A stretch of 64,000 bases of DNA from the NCBI GenBank assembly GCA_033238685.1, contig BRZM01000133.1:156481-220480 (forward strand), given 5' to 3'. The stretch comes from Lates japonicus. Taxonomy: Eukaryota. A model generated the notes under the pieces. It saw nothing but the letters and a program-made list of their open reading frames with translations. It did not search any database and was not told where the DNA came from. The position numbers were made by a program, and so were the translations under genes. Every line of letters starts with the position of its first letter. Within the stretch, counting starts at the first letter, position 1. Of this stretch, positions 27,558 to 38,200 are shown piece by piece.

Positions 27558-27817
27558 TTTAACCAGAAACATCTCTATATATCACTACCAGACTCCACTG
27601 ACAAAAACAGGGATTTTACTGGGAGCTGCTGGAATACCACTGCCTCCATCTGTTAGTGTGTCTGTGTTACTGTGTGGTACTTTTACTTCAGTAAAGTATC
27701 TGATTACTTCTTCCACCACTGAAAGTCACACAGTAACACACACATACTAACAGATGGAGGCAGTGGTATTCCAGCAGCTCCCAGTAAAATCACAGTTTTT
27801 GTCAATGGAGTCTGGTA
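27558..27817. mobile_element. Foldback, MITE-like palindromic element (family A), complete hairpin core. The arms of about 110 bp, 'ccagaaacatctctatatatcactaccagactccattgacaaaaacagggattttactgggagctgctggaataccactgcctccatctgttagtgtgtctgtgttactgtgtg', flank a loop of about 50 bp.
   Basis: The left and right arms are near-perfect reverse complements within this copy. The same unit recurs at least 9 more times in the window. Confidence 0.85.
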
Positions 27818-27842
27818 TGAGAGCGGTATGAGCGTGACTTAC

Positions 27843-27936
27843 TGTTCCTGTTGGTTTTCAGCTTGGACAGCAGTTTCTGAGTGGACAGCAGGTCTCCGCT
27901 CTTCACCGCCTGCAGCAGGTCCTGCTCCTTCCCCAT
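27843..27936 (-). CDS. caskin2: caskin2 coding exon 1. It has a real ATG and encodes MGKEQDLLQAVKSGDLLSTQKLLSKLKTNRN.
   Basis: ATG sits in a CpG-rich context, and the exon ends AACAGGAACA|GTAAGT. The N-terminus resembles human CASKIN2 '[32 protein letters not shown]'. Splicing to 7144 reconstitutes the conserved KLLGSTKRLNVNYQD motif. Confidence 0.75.
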
Positions 27937-28300
27937 GCCCGCTCCCCGCCTCCTTGTGTTTAAACCAGGTTTATTTAAAATCCTCCCGCCGCCTCCTCAG
28001 AGTCTCATGCTGAGCGCCGGAGACATGGACCTGCCTCAGGTGAGACTCTCCACTTCCTCCCTGTGTCTGACGCTCAGCTGACAGCCAGGAAACAACCCCA
28101 GACTCAAACTGTAAAAACAAAAATCCTCTGTGAGATTTCCTCTGAGCCCGCAGAGATGGAAAAACTCCTCTGTTGCTTAATTTCCTGCTCAGACTTTTCT
28201 TCTTCTCAGTTTTGATTCTGGGGGAGATGTTATTTCCAGCGTCGGCCGAGGGGGGCTGGAGGTTTGTGGAGCTACTGTGGATCTGCAGGGGGAGGGTGGT
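27937..28300 (-). promoter_or_regulatory. caskin2: Probable caskin2 5'UTR and core promoter, in a CpG-rich region.
   Basis: CpG and GC-rich sequence lies immediately upstream of the caskin2 ATG on the minus strand (ccgccgcctcc, gagcgccgg). The TSS was not determined. Confidence 0.4.
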
Positions 28301-28821
28301 GGTGTGGTCAGGACTCGGAGCCTGAGGAGGAAAAGAAACGAGAAAAACAGATCAGTTCATCTATCAGACGACTCCAGACTGGAAACCACAGCCGCTCTCT
28401 CCTCTGCTGCATGTGTGGACGTGAAACCAGAGAAACCAAAGCAAAGTTCTTCATCGGACCCCAAATCCACTCAGTGGATCCTGATCCTCATCCTTATCAA
28501 ATCTGAAGTCTGCACAGTGACAGTCAGGCCTCAGACAGGAGCTGGAGGACTCATCACATTTCTGACATTTGAACTTGAAAACATGACGTTTCTTTGCTGC
28601 TTCCTTCTGTTTAATGTCACAGTAAAGTGAACATCTGTGGTTTTCAGGCTGTTTAACGAACAAACCAGACATTTATCACCGTGTTCTCATGTTTGATGAA
28701 CCGACAGTTATTCACATTGACAGGAACTGACCTTCATCCCCTGTGAAGTTCAGTGTCAGTAAATGTTTCTGCTGTTTGTTCCTCATTTACATCGTCTGTC
28801 ATGACGCAACGTTTCACATCA

Positions 28822-29152
28822 AGTGTCTGACAACATGATGATAGGATTCCTACAGAGACAGAGCTTTTTATTAAAGAGGAAGATCCTTTTAGTTTAACCA
28901 GAAACATCTCTATATATCACTACCAGACTCCATTGACAAAAACAGGGATTTTACTGGGAGCTGCTGGAATACCACTGCCTCCATCTGTTAGTGTGTCTGT
29001 GTTACTGTGTGGTACTTTTACTTCAGTAAAGTATCTGATTACTTCTTCCACCGCTGAAAGTCTCACAGTAACACAGACACACTAACAGATGGAGGCAGTG
29101 GTATTCCAGCAGCTCCCAGTAAAATCCCTGTTTTTGTCAATGGAGTCTGGTC
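28822..29152. mobile_element. Family A foldback element with its 5' extension of about 80 bp ('ctgacaacatgatgataggattcctacagagacagagctttttattaaagag…agatccttttagtttaacc').
   Basis: It shares the same arms and loop as 27558-27817, plus the conserved 5' extension also seen at 32473, 45768 and 58549. Confidence 0.85.
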
Positions 29153-30699
29153 TGATTGACTCCATGCTGAAAATGAAGACTGTGGTTATGAGCACCAGGC
29201 TTCTGCACATGAACGTCACTGTGGGTTTCCAGTCTTATCTGATGTGATGTTAATGTGGCCTGAAGGCAAACAGGACAAAGATTTACACACACACACACAC
29301 CTGTCACAGGTGTGGTCAGGGCTGTGAAACCACAGTGACGGAGTGTTTAACCTCCTGTGAGCTGAGAGGACGCTTTAATTACAGCTCAGCAAACCTTCAA
29401 ACACAAACAGCTCATGGAGGATGTTGCGGGCGGCCTCTGCTGTGTAAACACTGAGAGCAGAGATTCACACACCAAACTCCACTGACTTCTTCCACGTTTT
29501 TACACCAGAGGAATAAGTGATGTTTTAGGTCACCTGACTGCGCTCTCTGCTGCTTCCCTCAGGGCTCCACGATAGATTACACTCTCACTTCGGCCGTGCA
29601 TCCACTTCATCTCAACTCCAGAGCAGCTACTTAAACTCTTCCGGCCCAGTGGCCAGGCACAGCTCAGATACAGGAGGGACAAGTTGGCAGAGTTGGTCCG
29701 AGCTTCGTCTCTGCTCCAGTTTTGCTGCAGATAACTGACATGCCTGCTGACAGTCCTGATCTCTGCATGGAAACAGGATCACTGCAGCAGCTCCAGGCCT
29801 CAGGAGCAGTGTTGCCATATAAACAACAGGAGTGTTTGGGGGGGCGGGTGTTTGCAGCCGGATCCCAGAGTCCAGATAGAGACACTGGTCTGGCCCTGCA
29901 CCCTGCTCCGAGTCCTGCTTTGTTTTCCTGGTTACAACTTGTTTCATTACATAACCAGGAGCCTCAGAGCAGCACAGGGCGTAAGCAGAGCTGTCAGTCC
30001 CATTTACACCCATCATGTCCCCCTTTCTCTCCCACCTCCCTCAGGCGTTTTGTATTCTCACTGCATTCATGACAAAAGCAACAATACTCATAAATTTCAC
30101 TCTGACACTGCAGGAGCTCCAGTTGAAATGAATAAAACATTTTATTGCTCACAAACAAACACCACTTGTTATTTATCACAGTGAAGTCAGAGATGCAGGA
30201 TGAAGAATCTCACCAGATTTAAATGATCTGTTTCAGTGTGTTTACACCAAAGGTCTGGATAATACAAAAAGCTCCAACCAACTCCAACATGTGTCGTCCT
30301 TTTTAATGTTTAGGTAATGTCATTCCAGCCTCCATTCGAAATCTGCCACTTTTATATTTAAGTGTTCATCAACCAACATAAAACAGCCTTAATGGATATG
30401 ATTCCAAGTTTCCCTGATTTAATAAGAGTCTGTCTTTAAATCGGGAGAAAGTAATGCACAAACAATCCCTTCTGAACCTTCTCACTGGAAGTCTTGTTTT
30501 AAATGTCGGACACTGACCGCAAGTTAGCAGGCACTGTGTCCGACTCTAACTTGACATTTTACTAAATTTAAAGTGTTGCTCTGTGAGGTTAAAGTGCGCC
30601 GAATTGAAGACGTGTTTCTAAAGACGCAAAAAAGTCTTTATTTTATTTTATTTTTATATTAAGCTCATTTTCTGACAAACGACTCCAGGTTAAAGAGGT

Positions 30700-31400
30700 G
30701 TCGACATGACGCTCTCTCTGCACCGTAGAATCTGGCGTTTCGCGGCCGGAGTCTGGTATGTAAACACACCGGGGGGAAGCTTCCCCGTCACCTCCACCAG
30801 CTTCGACCTTTGTACCGAAGTAAGTTCACGCACTTGTTCTTCTTTTCCCAAAAAATCCAGAACAATAAGGAGAAGAAAGTGGATTCAAACCGGACTTACC
30901 TCTGCTGGTCAGGTGTGTCAGAAACTTTTCATCCGCTGAATGTTAACGGACCACGGAGGCAGTTTGAGGGAAGACTCCGAGGGGCTGACAAAGTATTCCC
31001 ACTGTCGATATTCCAGAAGAATCCAGTATTTTATTCCACGGTGTGAACTTCCACCGGTATTAGTTTGTACTTTCACCGCTGCGCAGAGTTAACGACAGAT
31101 TTCTGTAGGTTTTTTTACGACTTTCTCACTTCATCCGACGCTGACGCTCCTCCGGCTTTTCCCTCCGCGCCGTGAATGCCACATTCACTCCGCTGGATTC
31201 TCCAGAATGTGGACACGGTGTCAAGGCGCCGTGAACACAGCACGCAACATCCGGCTGTGACTTTCAAAATAAAACACGTAACCGAAAGCTCGGAGTCTCA
31301 TTTTAACGAACACGGATTTCACCCGGATTAGACGACGTTTCTCACCAGATACAGCGGGTTACGACTTAAATCTATCACACGTCCACTGTTTATACATGTT
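30700..31400. promoter_or_regulatory. CpG island between caskin2 and st6galnac2, with divergent consensus splice donors. It is a candidate bidirectional promoter or unannotated first exons.
   Basis: CpG density is high ('cgcggccggag', 'ccgcgccgtg', 'ccggcttttccctccgcgccgtg'). There are GTAAGT donors on the plus strand ('ccgaa|gtaagttc', about 30820) and on the minus strand ('cagcagag|gtaagtcc', about 30903). No conserved coding frame was recognised. Confidence 0.4.
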
Positions 31401-32472
31401 TATATAAGAATAGTCTGCTCGTTGTTGAGTCGAAATCTGGAGGTAAATGTATTTAATTAAAACATTTTTTCTGTTAATAAATAGAATAAACTTGAACTCC
31501 ACTTACTTCCAGAATTATACTATAAATACAATATGTACGTGTTCAGCTTAGTTTTATGATATAGGCTGTAACCAAACTCTAAACTCTGGAGATCATCCTC
31601 TCTACTGGCTTGTGTCTGACAGTATATTATATGATGCCTGTAAATGTTTTGACACATTCTCCAGAGGAAATGTAACATTTTCTGTGCTTTTATTTCGAAG
31701 AGTCAACTGCCCCTTTTCCGGTTATTTTCTGTCTTTTATTCTGCAGCTTAACACCGTCGACCCTCCCACTGGGTTTAATGTCAATTTTTTCCACAAAGAC
31801 AGGGTGTTTTATCAGATTATATCTAACTGTCACCATCCTGCTCCTCACACTCACACTTCACTTAAAGCTGCATTTACTGACTTTTTTGTCGCCTGTGAAA
31901 CGAGCTGTAAACACAATATTCTCACATGAAGCAGCTGATGAAGCAGCTGTGTCTGACCTGTTATCACACAGCTGCTTATTCCCACATCCAGCTGTTACAG
32001 ATCAACACCATGATTCATGTGGAGTCAGCTCTGTGTTTGGTCAGCTCCACCTCCTCCAGCTGATTTTACATGTAAAACAATCTGATCAGTTAAGAAAATA
32101 TGATGCGAGGTTAAATCCTGAAGATAATTTCTCATTGTTACATCAATAACACTCTAAGACTCAATAAAAAGGTAAAATAATCAACATATTTACTTCAGAA
32201 CAACAATCCCTGAAACATTTACTAGAAATTAAATATCAGTGCAAAAAGAAAATCCCATTTAACATGAAATTATTATATAAAATGTAACGTAGCATCATTC
32301 ATATAAAACAAAGACCATGTTCACCTGTAAAATAATTGCAGCTGAATTGATCAAACACACAATTGATCAAATCAACTTAATTAAATGAAATGTGCATAGC
32401 ATCTACAGTGTGTTTCTTGGTGTAAGAAAGACCATAAAGTACGTAAAAAGTCCTCCTTAAAGTTTCACCCTT

Positions 32473-32611
32473 TAAAGTTCTTGTTTTTGTCTCTGACAGA
32501 CTCAGATTGTTCTTCTCAGTGTCTGACAACATGATGATAGGATTCCTACAGAGACAGAGCTTTTTATTAAAGAGTCAGATCCTTTTAGTTTAACCAGAAA
32601 CATCTCTATAT
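32473..32611. mobile_element. Family A partial copy: the 5' extension and the start of the left arm only.
   Basis: It matches the 5' extension of copies at 28822, 45768 and 58549, and is truncated after 'catctctatatt'. Confidence 0.7.
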
Positions 32612-32933
32612 TATCTTGGTGTGCCAGCACGTTGCAACTGATCTATCATGTCTGCCTTTGTTTGGATGCATCTAAAAAAAAACATTACGAACCAATCAGT
32701 CATTCCACCTCATCAATTTCTTTTTGCAGTTTTTGTTGTCAGCGTGCAAAAGATCTAACAAATAATTTTAAAATAATTTCTTCACAGCTTTTTTACTCAG
32801 TGGAACAATGAAAGAGTTACTGTCAGTAAAGTAAAAATAAACTCTATTCAGTAAAATACCAAAATTGTTTAAAGTCTGTATAAAAAATAAATTTCACCCT
32901 GAGCTCCTTCTGCTCTTTAGTCCTGAGAACGTA

Positions 32934-33131
32934 TCATCCCCACCTCCTCCGCCAGCTGCCTCCTCTCCTCTGGTACAGGTCGATGACCCTGTTGTAGTGC
33001 AGCACCTCCCACAGCCGTCGCTCCAACTGAAAGTCGTGGTTGGAGTAGAACTTCAGAGGCCTCCTCACAGAGTCGTAGTAATGATCAGAGAAGGCAGCGT
33101 AGTCCCCGGTGATGAAGCCAAAAGCAGAGAC
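32934..33131 (-). CDS. st6galnac2: ST6GalNAc-I/II-family sialyltransferase, last coding exon (exon 9). It encodes VSAFGFITGDYAAFSDHYYDSVRRPLKFYSNHDFQLERRLWEVLHYNRVIDLYQRRGGSWRRRWG followed by a stop.
   Basis: Acceptor is ctgcag|GTCTCTGC. The translation matches the human ST6GALNAC2 C-terminus 'VSAYGFITSNYWKFSDHYFE…[28 protein letters not shown]' (sialylmotifs S/VS). TGA stop at 32934-32936. Confidence 0.88.
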   Translation of the reverse strand, partial: VSAFGFITGDYAAFSDHYYDSVRRPLKFYSNHDFQLERRLWEVLHYNRVIDLYQRRGGSWRRRWG

Positions 33132-33237
33132 CTGCAGGACAGACGGACGAACAGGACGTCCCTCAGTCATCAACAGGTCCATCTGACGACCAGGACTTCA
33201 TGCCTCTGGAGTTTATGAAGCTACTGCTGCAGGGAGC

Positions 33238-33325
33238 CTACCAGACTCCATTGATAAAAACAGTAATTTTACAGAGCACACAGGAGCTGCAGGAACACTG
33301 CTGCCTCCATCAGTTAGTTTGTTTA
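33238..33325. mobile_element. Family A solo arm, diverged, inside the st6galnac2 intron between exons 8 and 9.
   Basis: 'ctaccagactccattgataaaaacagtaattttacagagcacacaggagctgc…ctgcctccatcagttagtttgttt' is similar to the family A left arm. Confidence 0.6.
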
Positions 33326-33463
33326 AAAGATTAAAATAATGTGAAGTAGGAGCAGGAAATCCTCACATATGGCATGTATTGGAAGTACTTAATCAAAGTT
33401 CAAGTACCTCAAATTTGTACTTAAGTGCAGTACTTGAGTAAATGTAGTCGGTGTGTATGTTAC

Positions 33464-33566
33464 CTGGTCACAGGTGTGCAAGGCGGTCAGCAGCATCAGA
33501 GCTCCGGTGCTCGGCATGTACAGGTGACGAGTCCGGACATCGGTCATCAGAGGAGACTGAAGGAGA
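33464..33566 (-). CDS. st6galnac2: st6galnac2-like exon 8. It encodes (S)[34 protein letters not shown].
   Basis: Acceptor tcag after a polypyrimidine tract, and donor CAG|GTAACA. The translation matches human '[20 protein letters not shown]'. The second candidate acceptor 10 bp downstream gives an in-frame stop and was rejected. Confidence 0.82.
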
Positions 33567-33683
33567 CTGAGAAGTGATAAAATATAAAGATGGAACTCAG
33601 CGCTGGGATCAACTCAGATCTGTTTTTATTTCTCTAAACTGACTTTGTAAATAAAATATTCTCTGGTCACTGTGATCCTTCAC

Positions 33684-33764
33684 CTGCGTGTCACGTAGGA
33701 AATAAAATCCGGGTGGAGAACCTTGAAGCTCTCAGGTGGTTTGTGGCCAAAATACTTCCAGGGT
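33684..33764 (-). CDS. st6galnac2: st6galnac2-like exon 7. It encodes (R)[26 protein letters not shown].
   Basis: Acceptor ccgacag|ACCCTGG and donor CAG|GTGAAG. The translation matches human '[29 protein letters not shown]'. Confidence 0.85.
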
Positions 33765-34458
33765 CTGTCGGACAAAACGCAAAAATGTGAATAAACAATT
33801 ACAACAGTAACAGAAAATACTTCTACTCCAGCTCTCTGAACATGGTTTCAGATGTTTAGGAAAGGTACACTTCAACATTTTCTGCCAAATAAACGTGATG
33901 TAAAAACGTAATATAACAACAAGAACTCCCATCAAAAGGACTTGAAATAAAAGTCTGGACACAGGATGAGGGACAACGGAGAGGGAAAGAAAACCTCTCA
34001 TGTATTCTTTTCATGATCAGTGAAACACCTCCACCTACAGGCCACAAATGGTGTTACAGCACAGATAGAAAGAGGAACATTATTAGCTCATGAATTCTTG
34101 ACTTATTACCAATGTTTTGTGAGGTAACAGTGACCTTGACCTTTGACCTTTTACCACCAAATTCTAATTAGTGCATCCTTGAGTCCAGGTGAACTTTTGC
34201 GCCAAATTTGAAGACATTCTCTCAAAGTGACACATCACGTTCACAAGAACTGGATGGACGACATGAAAACACACTGTCTCCTGCCTCAGCATAAAAAGTA
34301 CAAATCTAGATCAGCAGCTCTGTCAGTGTCCTGCAGGAGGATTATAGTCACTGTTGACTCATAAGATCCACACACTGGTTCTTTAACACTGACTGAAAAG
34401 GAGAAATAAACTTGAATCTGTATGAAGCGCCACATATTAAAGTATTTAAACCACTCAC

Positions 34459-34562
34459 CTGTCGCCCGTGTCCCTGCCTGAGCGGACAGTCTGACCCCGA
34501 ACAGCAGCTGCAATCATCACATAGTCCCTGAGGTCTGATGGGATGAAGATGTACTTTATGTT
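34459..34562 (-). CDS. st6galnac2: st6galnac2-like exon 6. It encodes [34 protein letters not shown].
   Basis: Acceptor ttctgcag|AAC and donor GACAG|GTGAGT. The translation matches human '[35 protein letters not shown]'. Confidence 0.85.
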
Positions 34563-34650
34563 CTGCAGAAGAAGAAGATGGAGGAAATAAAGTCAGACGA
34601 GGAGAATAAAACCGCTCAGAGGTTTGTTTCTCTGAGTGTTCGTCTCTCAC

Positions 34651-34789
34651 CGAGCTCTGAGGGATTCTGGTGAAGCCGTCTGCTCGGTACATGCGGAGCG
34701 CGTTCTTCATGGTGTTGGCGGTGAAACCGTAGAAGGAAATCTTCGTCCCCACGTCCTCCTCAAAACCTCTGATCACCGCTCCGTTCATC
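34651..34789 (-). CDS. st6galnac2: st6galnac2-like exon 5. It encodes (R)[46 protein letters not shown].
   Basis: Acceptor cttcag|G and donor TCG|GTGAGA. The translation matches human '[45 protein letters not shown]'. Confidence 0.88.
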
Positions 34790-35006
34790 CTGAAGACAGA
34801 GGAAACAGCAGCAATAAAATACTAACACCAGATAAACAGTCAGAGACTTGGAGCCTTCAGGCAATGTAGAATCAGTCCAGTTTATGTGAGGACTGAGTCC
34901 TGAACAGACCTGAAACAGCTCTACCAAGGCTAAAGAGTCCCACAGGTGAGAGGGTGGAAATAATATTTAAAACTACAGTAAAGGGAAGTGCTGGGTGGAC
35001 GTCCAC

Positions 35007-35163
35007 CTGAAGACAAAGTCGTGGCTGTCGATGATTTTCCCCTGTCCCGATCCTAAGAGGATGCCTCCGTTTCCAACCACAGCGCAGCGAACACACCTGC
35101 CAGGTGAGCCTCGATCAAAGAGACCAGACGAGCTGTTGAGGAGGGAGAGGGCCGATCTGACGA
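35007..35163 (-). CDS. st6galnac2: st6galnac2-like exon 4 (sialylmotif L). It encodes (V)[51 protein letters not shown].
   Basis: Strong acceptor tcctcttttctctgcag| and donor TTCAG|GTGGAC. The translation matches human '[52 protein letters not shown]'. Confidence 0.88.
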
Positions 35164-35322
35164 CTGCAGAGAAAAGAGGACGAATATCATCCACCTGCAC
35201 ACCAAACTCTGGTCTCCTGGCTGGATATCGGAACGCTGGTTTTTAATGACTCCATTACACCTGAACTTGTTTCTCAGCCTGGATTAGTTAAATCAGTTTG
35301 AAGAAGGTGCTCTGGAGTGTAC

Positions 35323-35494
35323 CGTTAACAGGAAGTCCCTTCCAGCCATAAGGAGGTCTCTGGTTCCTCAGCCGTTCCCAGGCAGGTTTGGAGAAACTTT
35401 CCTTCCCCTGAAAGACCGGCACCAAGAACCTGAACCTCCTCCTGAGGAGAGGGTTGTGTCTCACCGCTTTCCTTAAAGAACATGGAGTCTCCAC
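35323..35494 (-). CDS. st6galnac2: st6galnac2-like exon 3 (stem region). It encodes VETPCSLRKAVRHNPLLRRRFRFLVPVFQGKESFSKPAWERLRNQRPPYGWKGLPVN.
   Basis: Acceptor tttctgcag|GTGGAG. The translation resembles human 'CRHLLHLAIQRHPHFRGLFNLSIPVLLWGDLFTPALWDRLSQHKAPYGWRGLSHQ'. The 3' end is set by reading-frame continuity to exon 4 and uses a weak GTACAC donor, because an in-frame TAA follows 36 nt later. Confidence 0.7.
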
Positions 35495-35659
35495 CTGCAG
35501 AAATAAACCACCAACAAACTCCACATCTCAAAACCTACTGAACCTAAACCTACTGAACCTAAACCCACTTCATGTGTATTATCATGTACAGAGGTTTAAA
35601 CAGCTGGATGAGACGAGGCAGCTGCACCTGTAGCTGAATGATAAAGAAGAAAAACTCAC

Positions 35660-35750
35660 CGCTCCTGCTTCTGGTTGAACTATTGGGATGATTCTCCAGT
35701 CCACCTCATCGTCACCTGAAGTGTCGATGCTGCCACCTGCTGGCTCCTTA
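35660..35750 (-). CDS. st6galnac2: st6galnac2-like exon 2. It encodes (S)KEPAGGSIDTSGDDEVDWRIIPIVQPEAGA.
   Basis: It sits between exon 1 (phase 2) and exon 3 (phase 0), with acceptor tgtcag|T and donor GCG|GTGAGT. The frame stays open only with this phase. This stem region has no strong homology, so support is structural. Confidence 0.6.
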
Positions 35751-37771
35751 CTGACACAGCAACACAATCAGACACCCACAACAGGAGTTAGAAAAACCTT
35801 TGACACACTTAAACCCACAGATTCACCAACTGTCAAATGCCACAAAAATACACTCAGTGTCCAGTTTATTAGGTATACACCTAGCTAATGCTGTAACACA
35901 ACAGTCCTGCAATAAATCCTCCTTCATGTCAGATTCAGAGGCGTTGATTCAAGGCGTTATGATTATTGCCTAGAAGGATTTTGCTTTGCTAAACAGGTTT
36001 AGGGAGCAGGAAATATTTTGTCTGTTTTTCTTAGTGGGACTTAGTGGACTCGCCATCAGATTTCAACCTTTAAAGATGTAAAACTGGACTCATCAGGTCC
36101 AAAGTGGATCAGGGTCTGTTTGAGGTGTAGAGTGCAGACAGGTGAGTCCCAGTTATGACCCGGTTATAACAAAGAGAGGTATCGTATCAACTCAGCTGTC
36201 AGGTCAGCATGTAAACAAGAGTCAGGTGACAGTCAGCTGAACCGTATAATGTTCAGGTTCAGTTAAAACTGTCCTAAAACCAAACAATGATCTAATTATA
36301 CATAAGAAAACAAAACTGTAAATAGGTCAGTCGATAAACAAACAGCACCCTATAACCACTAATAACTAAAGTGACATAATGGCGTTATTATCAGCAAGTG
36401 TAGTATATAAGTTGCAATCAAAAAGTTCCAAGACTGTACCTCTAACAAGCAAAAACTGTCCCTGAACCGGCACTGAATGTCCTCCGTCAGAGTGATGAAG
36501 AAGAACTCAGTCCGACCCTGGGGGACGAATTCACAATGCACAAACCTGCAAATACTGACTTGCATCTGCTGCATTTACATCACTGTGCTGCACTCCATTC
36601 CTTCACAACAGGACAGTCTCAGAACTTATTGATTGCACCTCGTGCTGGTTGGTTTCTGGGTATCTGAGGAAATAATGAAACTGCTGTGTACACTGAGGGT
36701 CAACAGAGGCCCTCAGGAGGTTACACTGCCCACCTCGATACACACCTGACATCAGTGTTTAACTAATGTAAATGGATAACACAGAGGTTTTTTGTTCAGT
36801 TGAATGATTAAACACAATAACGAGGTTTAGCAGAAACCTGTGGTTAAAACCCAGCAGCAGACACAAAGTCAAACCATCTCTGTGTGGAGTGGTAATAAAG
36901 AAAACGTATCTACCCTTTATAAACATCGGCTCAGTCCTGTATGTTTCAAGGTGTGGTCTCCACAGGTCAGACTTGTTTTTCAGCACAGGTCACAGATACT
37001 TGATCTGACAGAAATCTGGGGAATTCAGAGGCCACTGCCGTGACGGGGTGGGAGGTGGAACATGTCAAAGTAAGATCCACATGAATGTCAGGACACAAGG
37101 TTTCCCAGCAGGACACTGCTCAGAGCATCACACTACCTCCACTGGCTCACCCTCTTCCCATAGTGCACCCTGCTGCCGTCTCTTCAGCAGGTAAACAAGG
37201 CACCTGATCCATCTGAAACGTCTTCAAGGAAACTAAAAAGAAGTCCAGCTGCCTTCAACCTTAGCACTTAAGACCTGGACGACTGAGAACCTTAACAGAC
37301 ATCAGTGCAGCAGCTGAATGAGACACTGAACAGTTTTAATGTTCAGTTAACGACTGTAGGAGTTAAACTACAAGTCCATAAAAACAGATGTTATAAGAAT
37401 GATTTATAAACAGTTTCTTAAAGATCCAGGACGGTTTATATCAGAAATCTTCACTTTCACCAAATCAAACAAACATCAGATCAGATCAGAGCTTTGTCTT
37501 CATCCATTCTTCTGCTTTTAATCAGTTTTATTTTTGCATTTTCATCATTTTAATCCTCCTGCGCATCAGTCTGATTGTTCTACTCGGCCTCACCTGTACA
37601 GAAGGTGCAAGACAAATAAAGACAGACAGACAGACAGATAGATAGATGAAGATAAAACGCATCAGAACATTAACAGAATTAGAGTTATTAGACCCTGACT
37701 CTGCAGCAGGTTGGGAATATTTAAACCTGACTGTACCTGCAGGACCAGGTGAAACCTGCCCACCTACCTAC

Positions 37772-37866
37772 CTGTGTGTCACGTCGCTGTATTGTCCGTA
37801 TAAGATGGTGGAGATGATAAAGAGGAAGGTTCCGACCAGAGCACATTTGACGGAGCACGCTCTCAT
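37772..37866 (-). CDS. st6galnac2: st6galnac2-like exon 1. It carries a real ATG and the signal-anchor: MRACSVKCALVGTFLFIISTILYGQYSDVTH.
   Basis: ATG is followed by a hydrophobic type-II transmembrane segment and a CACAG|GTAGGT donor. A type-II membrane topology is expected for Golgi sialyltransferases. The nine exons sum to 1140 bp, or 379 aa, against 374 aa for human ST6GALNAC2. Confidence 0.7.
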
Positions 37867-37879
37867 TTTCCCCGTGAGG

Positions 37880-38200
37880 AGTTTTTAAAATCACCGTCAC
37901 GGACTCCTCTCCTCTCCCCTCTGCCTCCGTCAGTGTTTTCCTGTCAGGTGGGTTCAGGTGAGACACGACGGGTAAAGTCCAACAGTTTGCAGCAGCAGCG
38001 CGAGGAGGGGGTCAGGTGACCAGATATTTACAGCAAACAGACGGAAGAGTGTTTGCTCTGTGAATAGATGTTTGTCAGATGAAGGACACGAACCCGTTTT
38101 TCCGGCGATGGAGGAAACCAAGCCAGACGCACCTGTCGTGACGTCATTTTCGGGGCGGGGTCAGAGCCCGTGAAGAGAAGTGGTGGGTGAGGTTTATTTT
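37880..38200 (-). promoter_or_regulatory. st6galnac2: Putative st6galnac2 promoter with a CRE (TGACGTCA at about 38137-38144) and a GC box (GGGCGGGG at about 38152-38159).
   Basis: A palindromic CRE octamer and an Sp1-type GC box lie about 270-300 bp upstream of the ATG on the coding strand side. This is motif-only evidence. Confidence 0.3.

Noticed and set aside
27558-27817. Long perfect hairpins as miRNA precursors or CRISPR-like arrays.
   Set aside because: At about 110 bp the stems are far longer than pre-miRNA stems. The units are dispersed and not regularly spaced with unique spacers, and they carry TIR-like termini. This fits foldback or MITE transposons, although a secondary role as a small-RNA source cannot be excluded.
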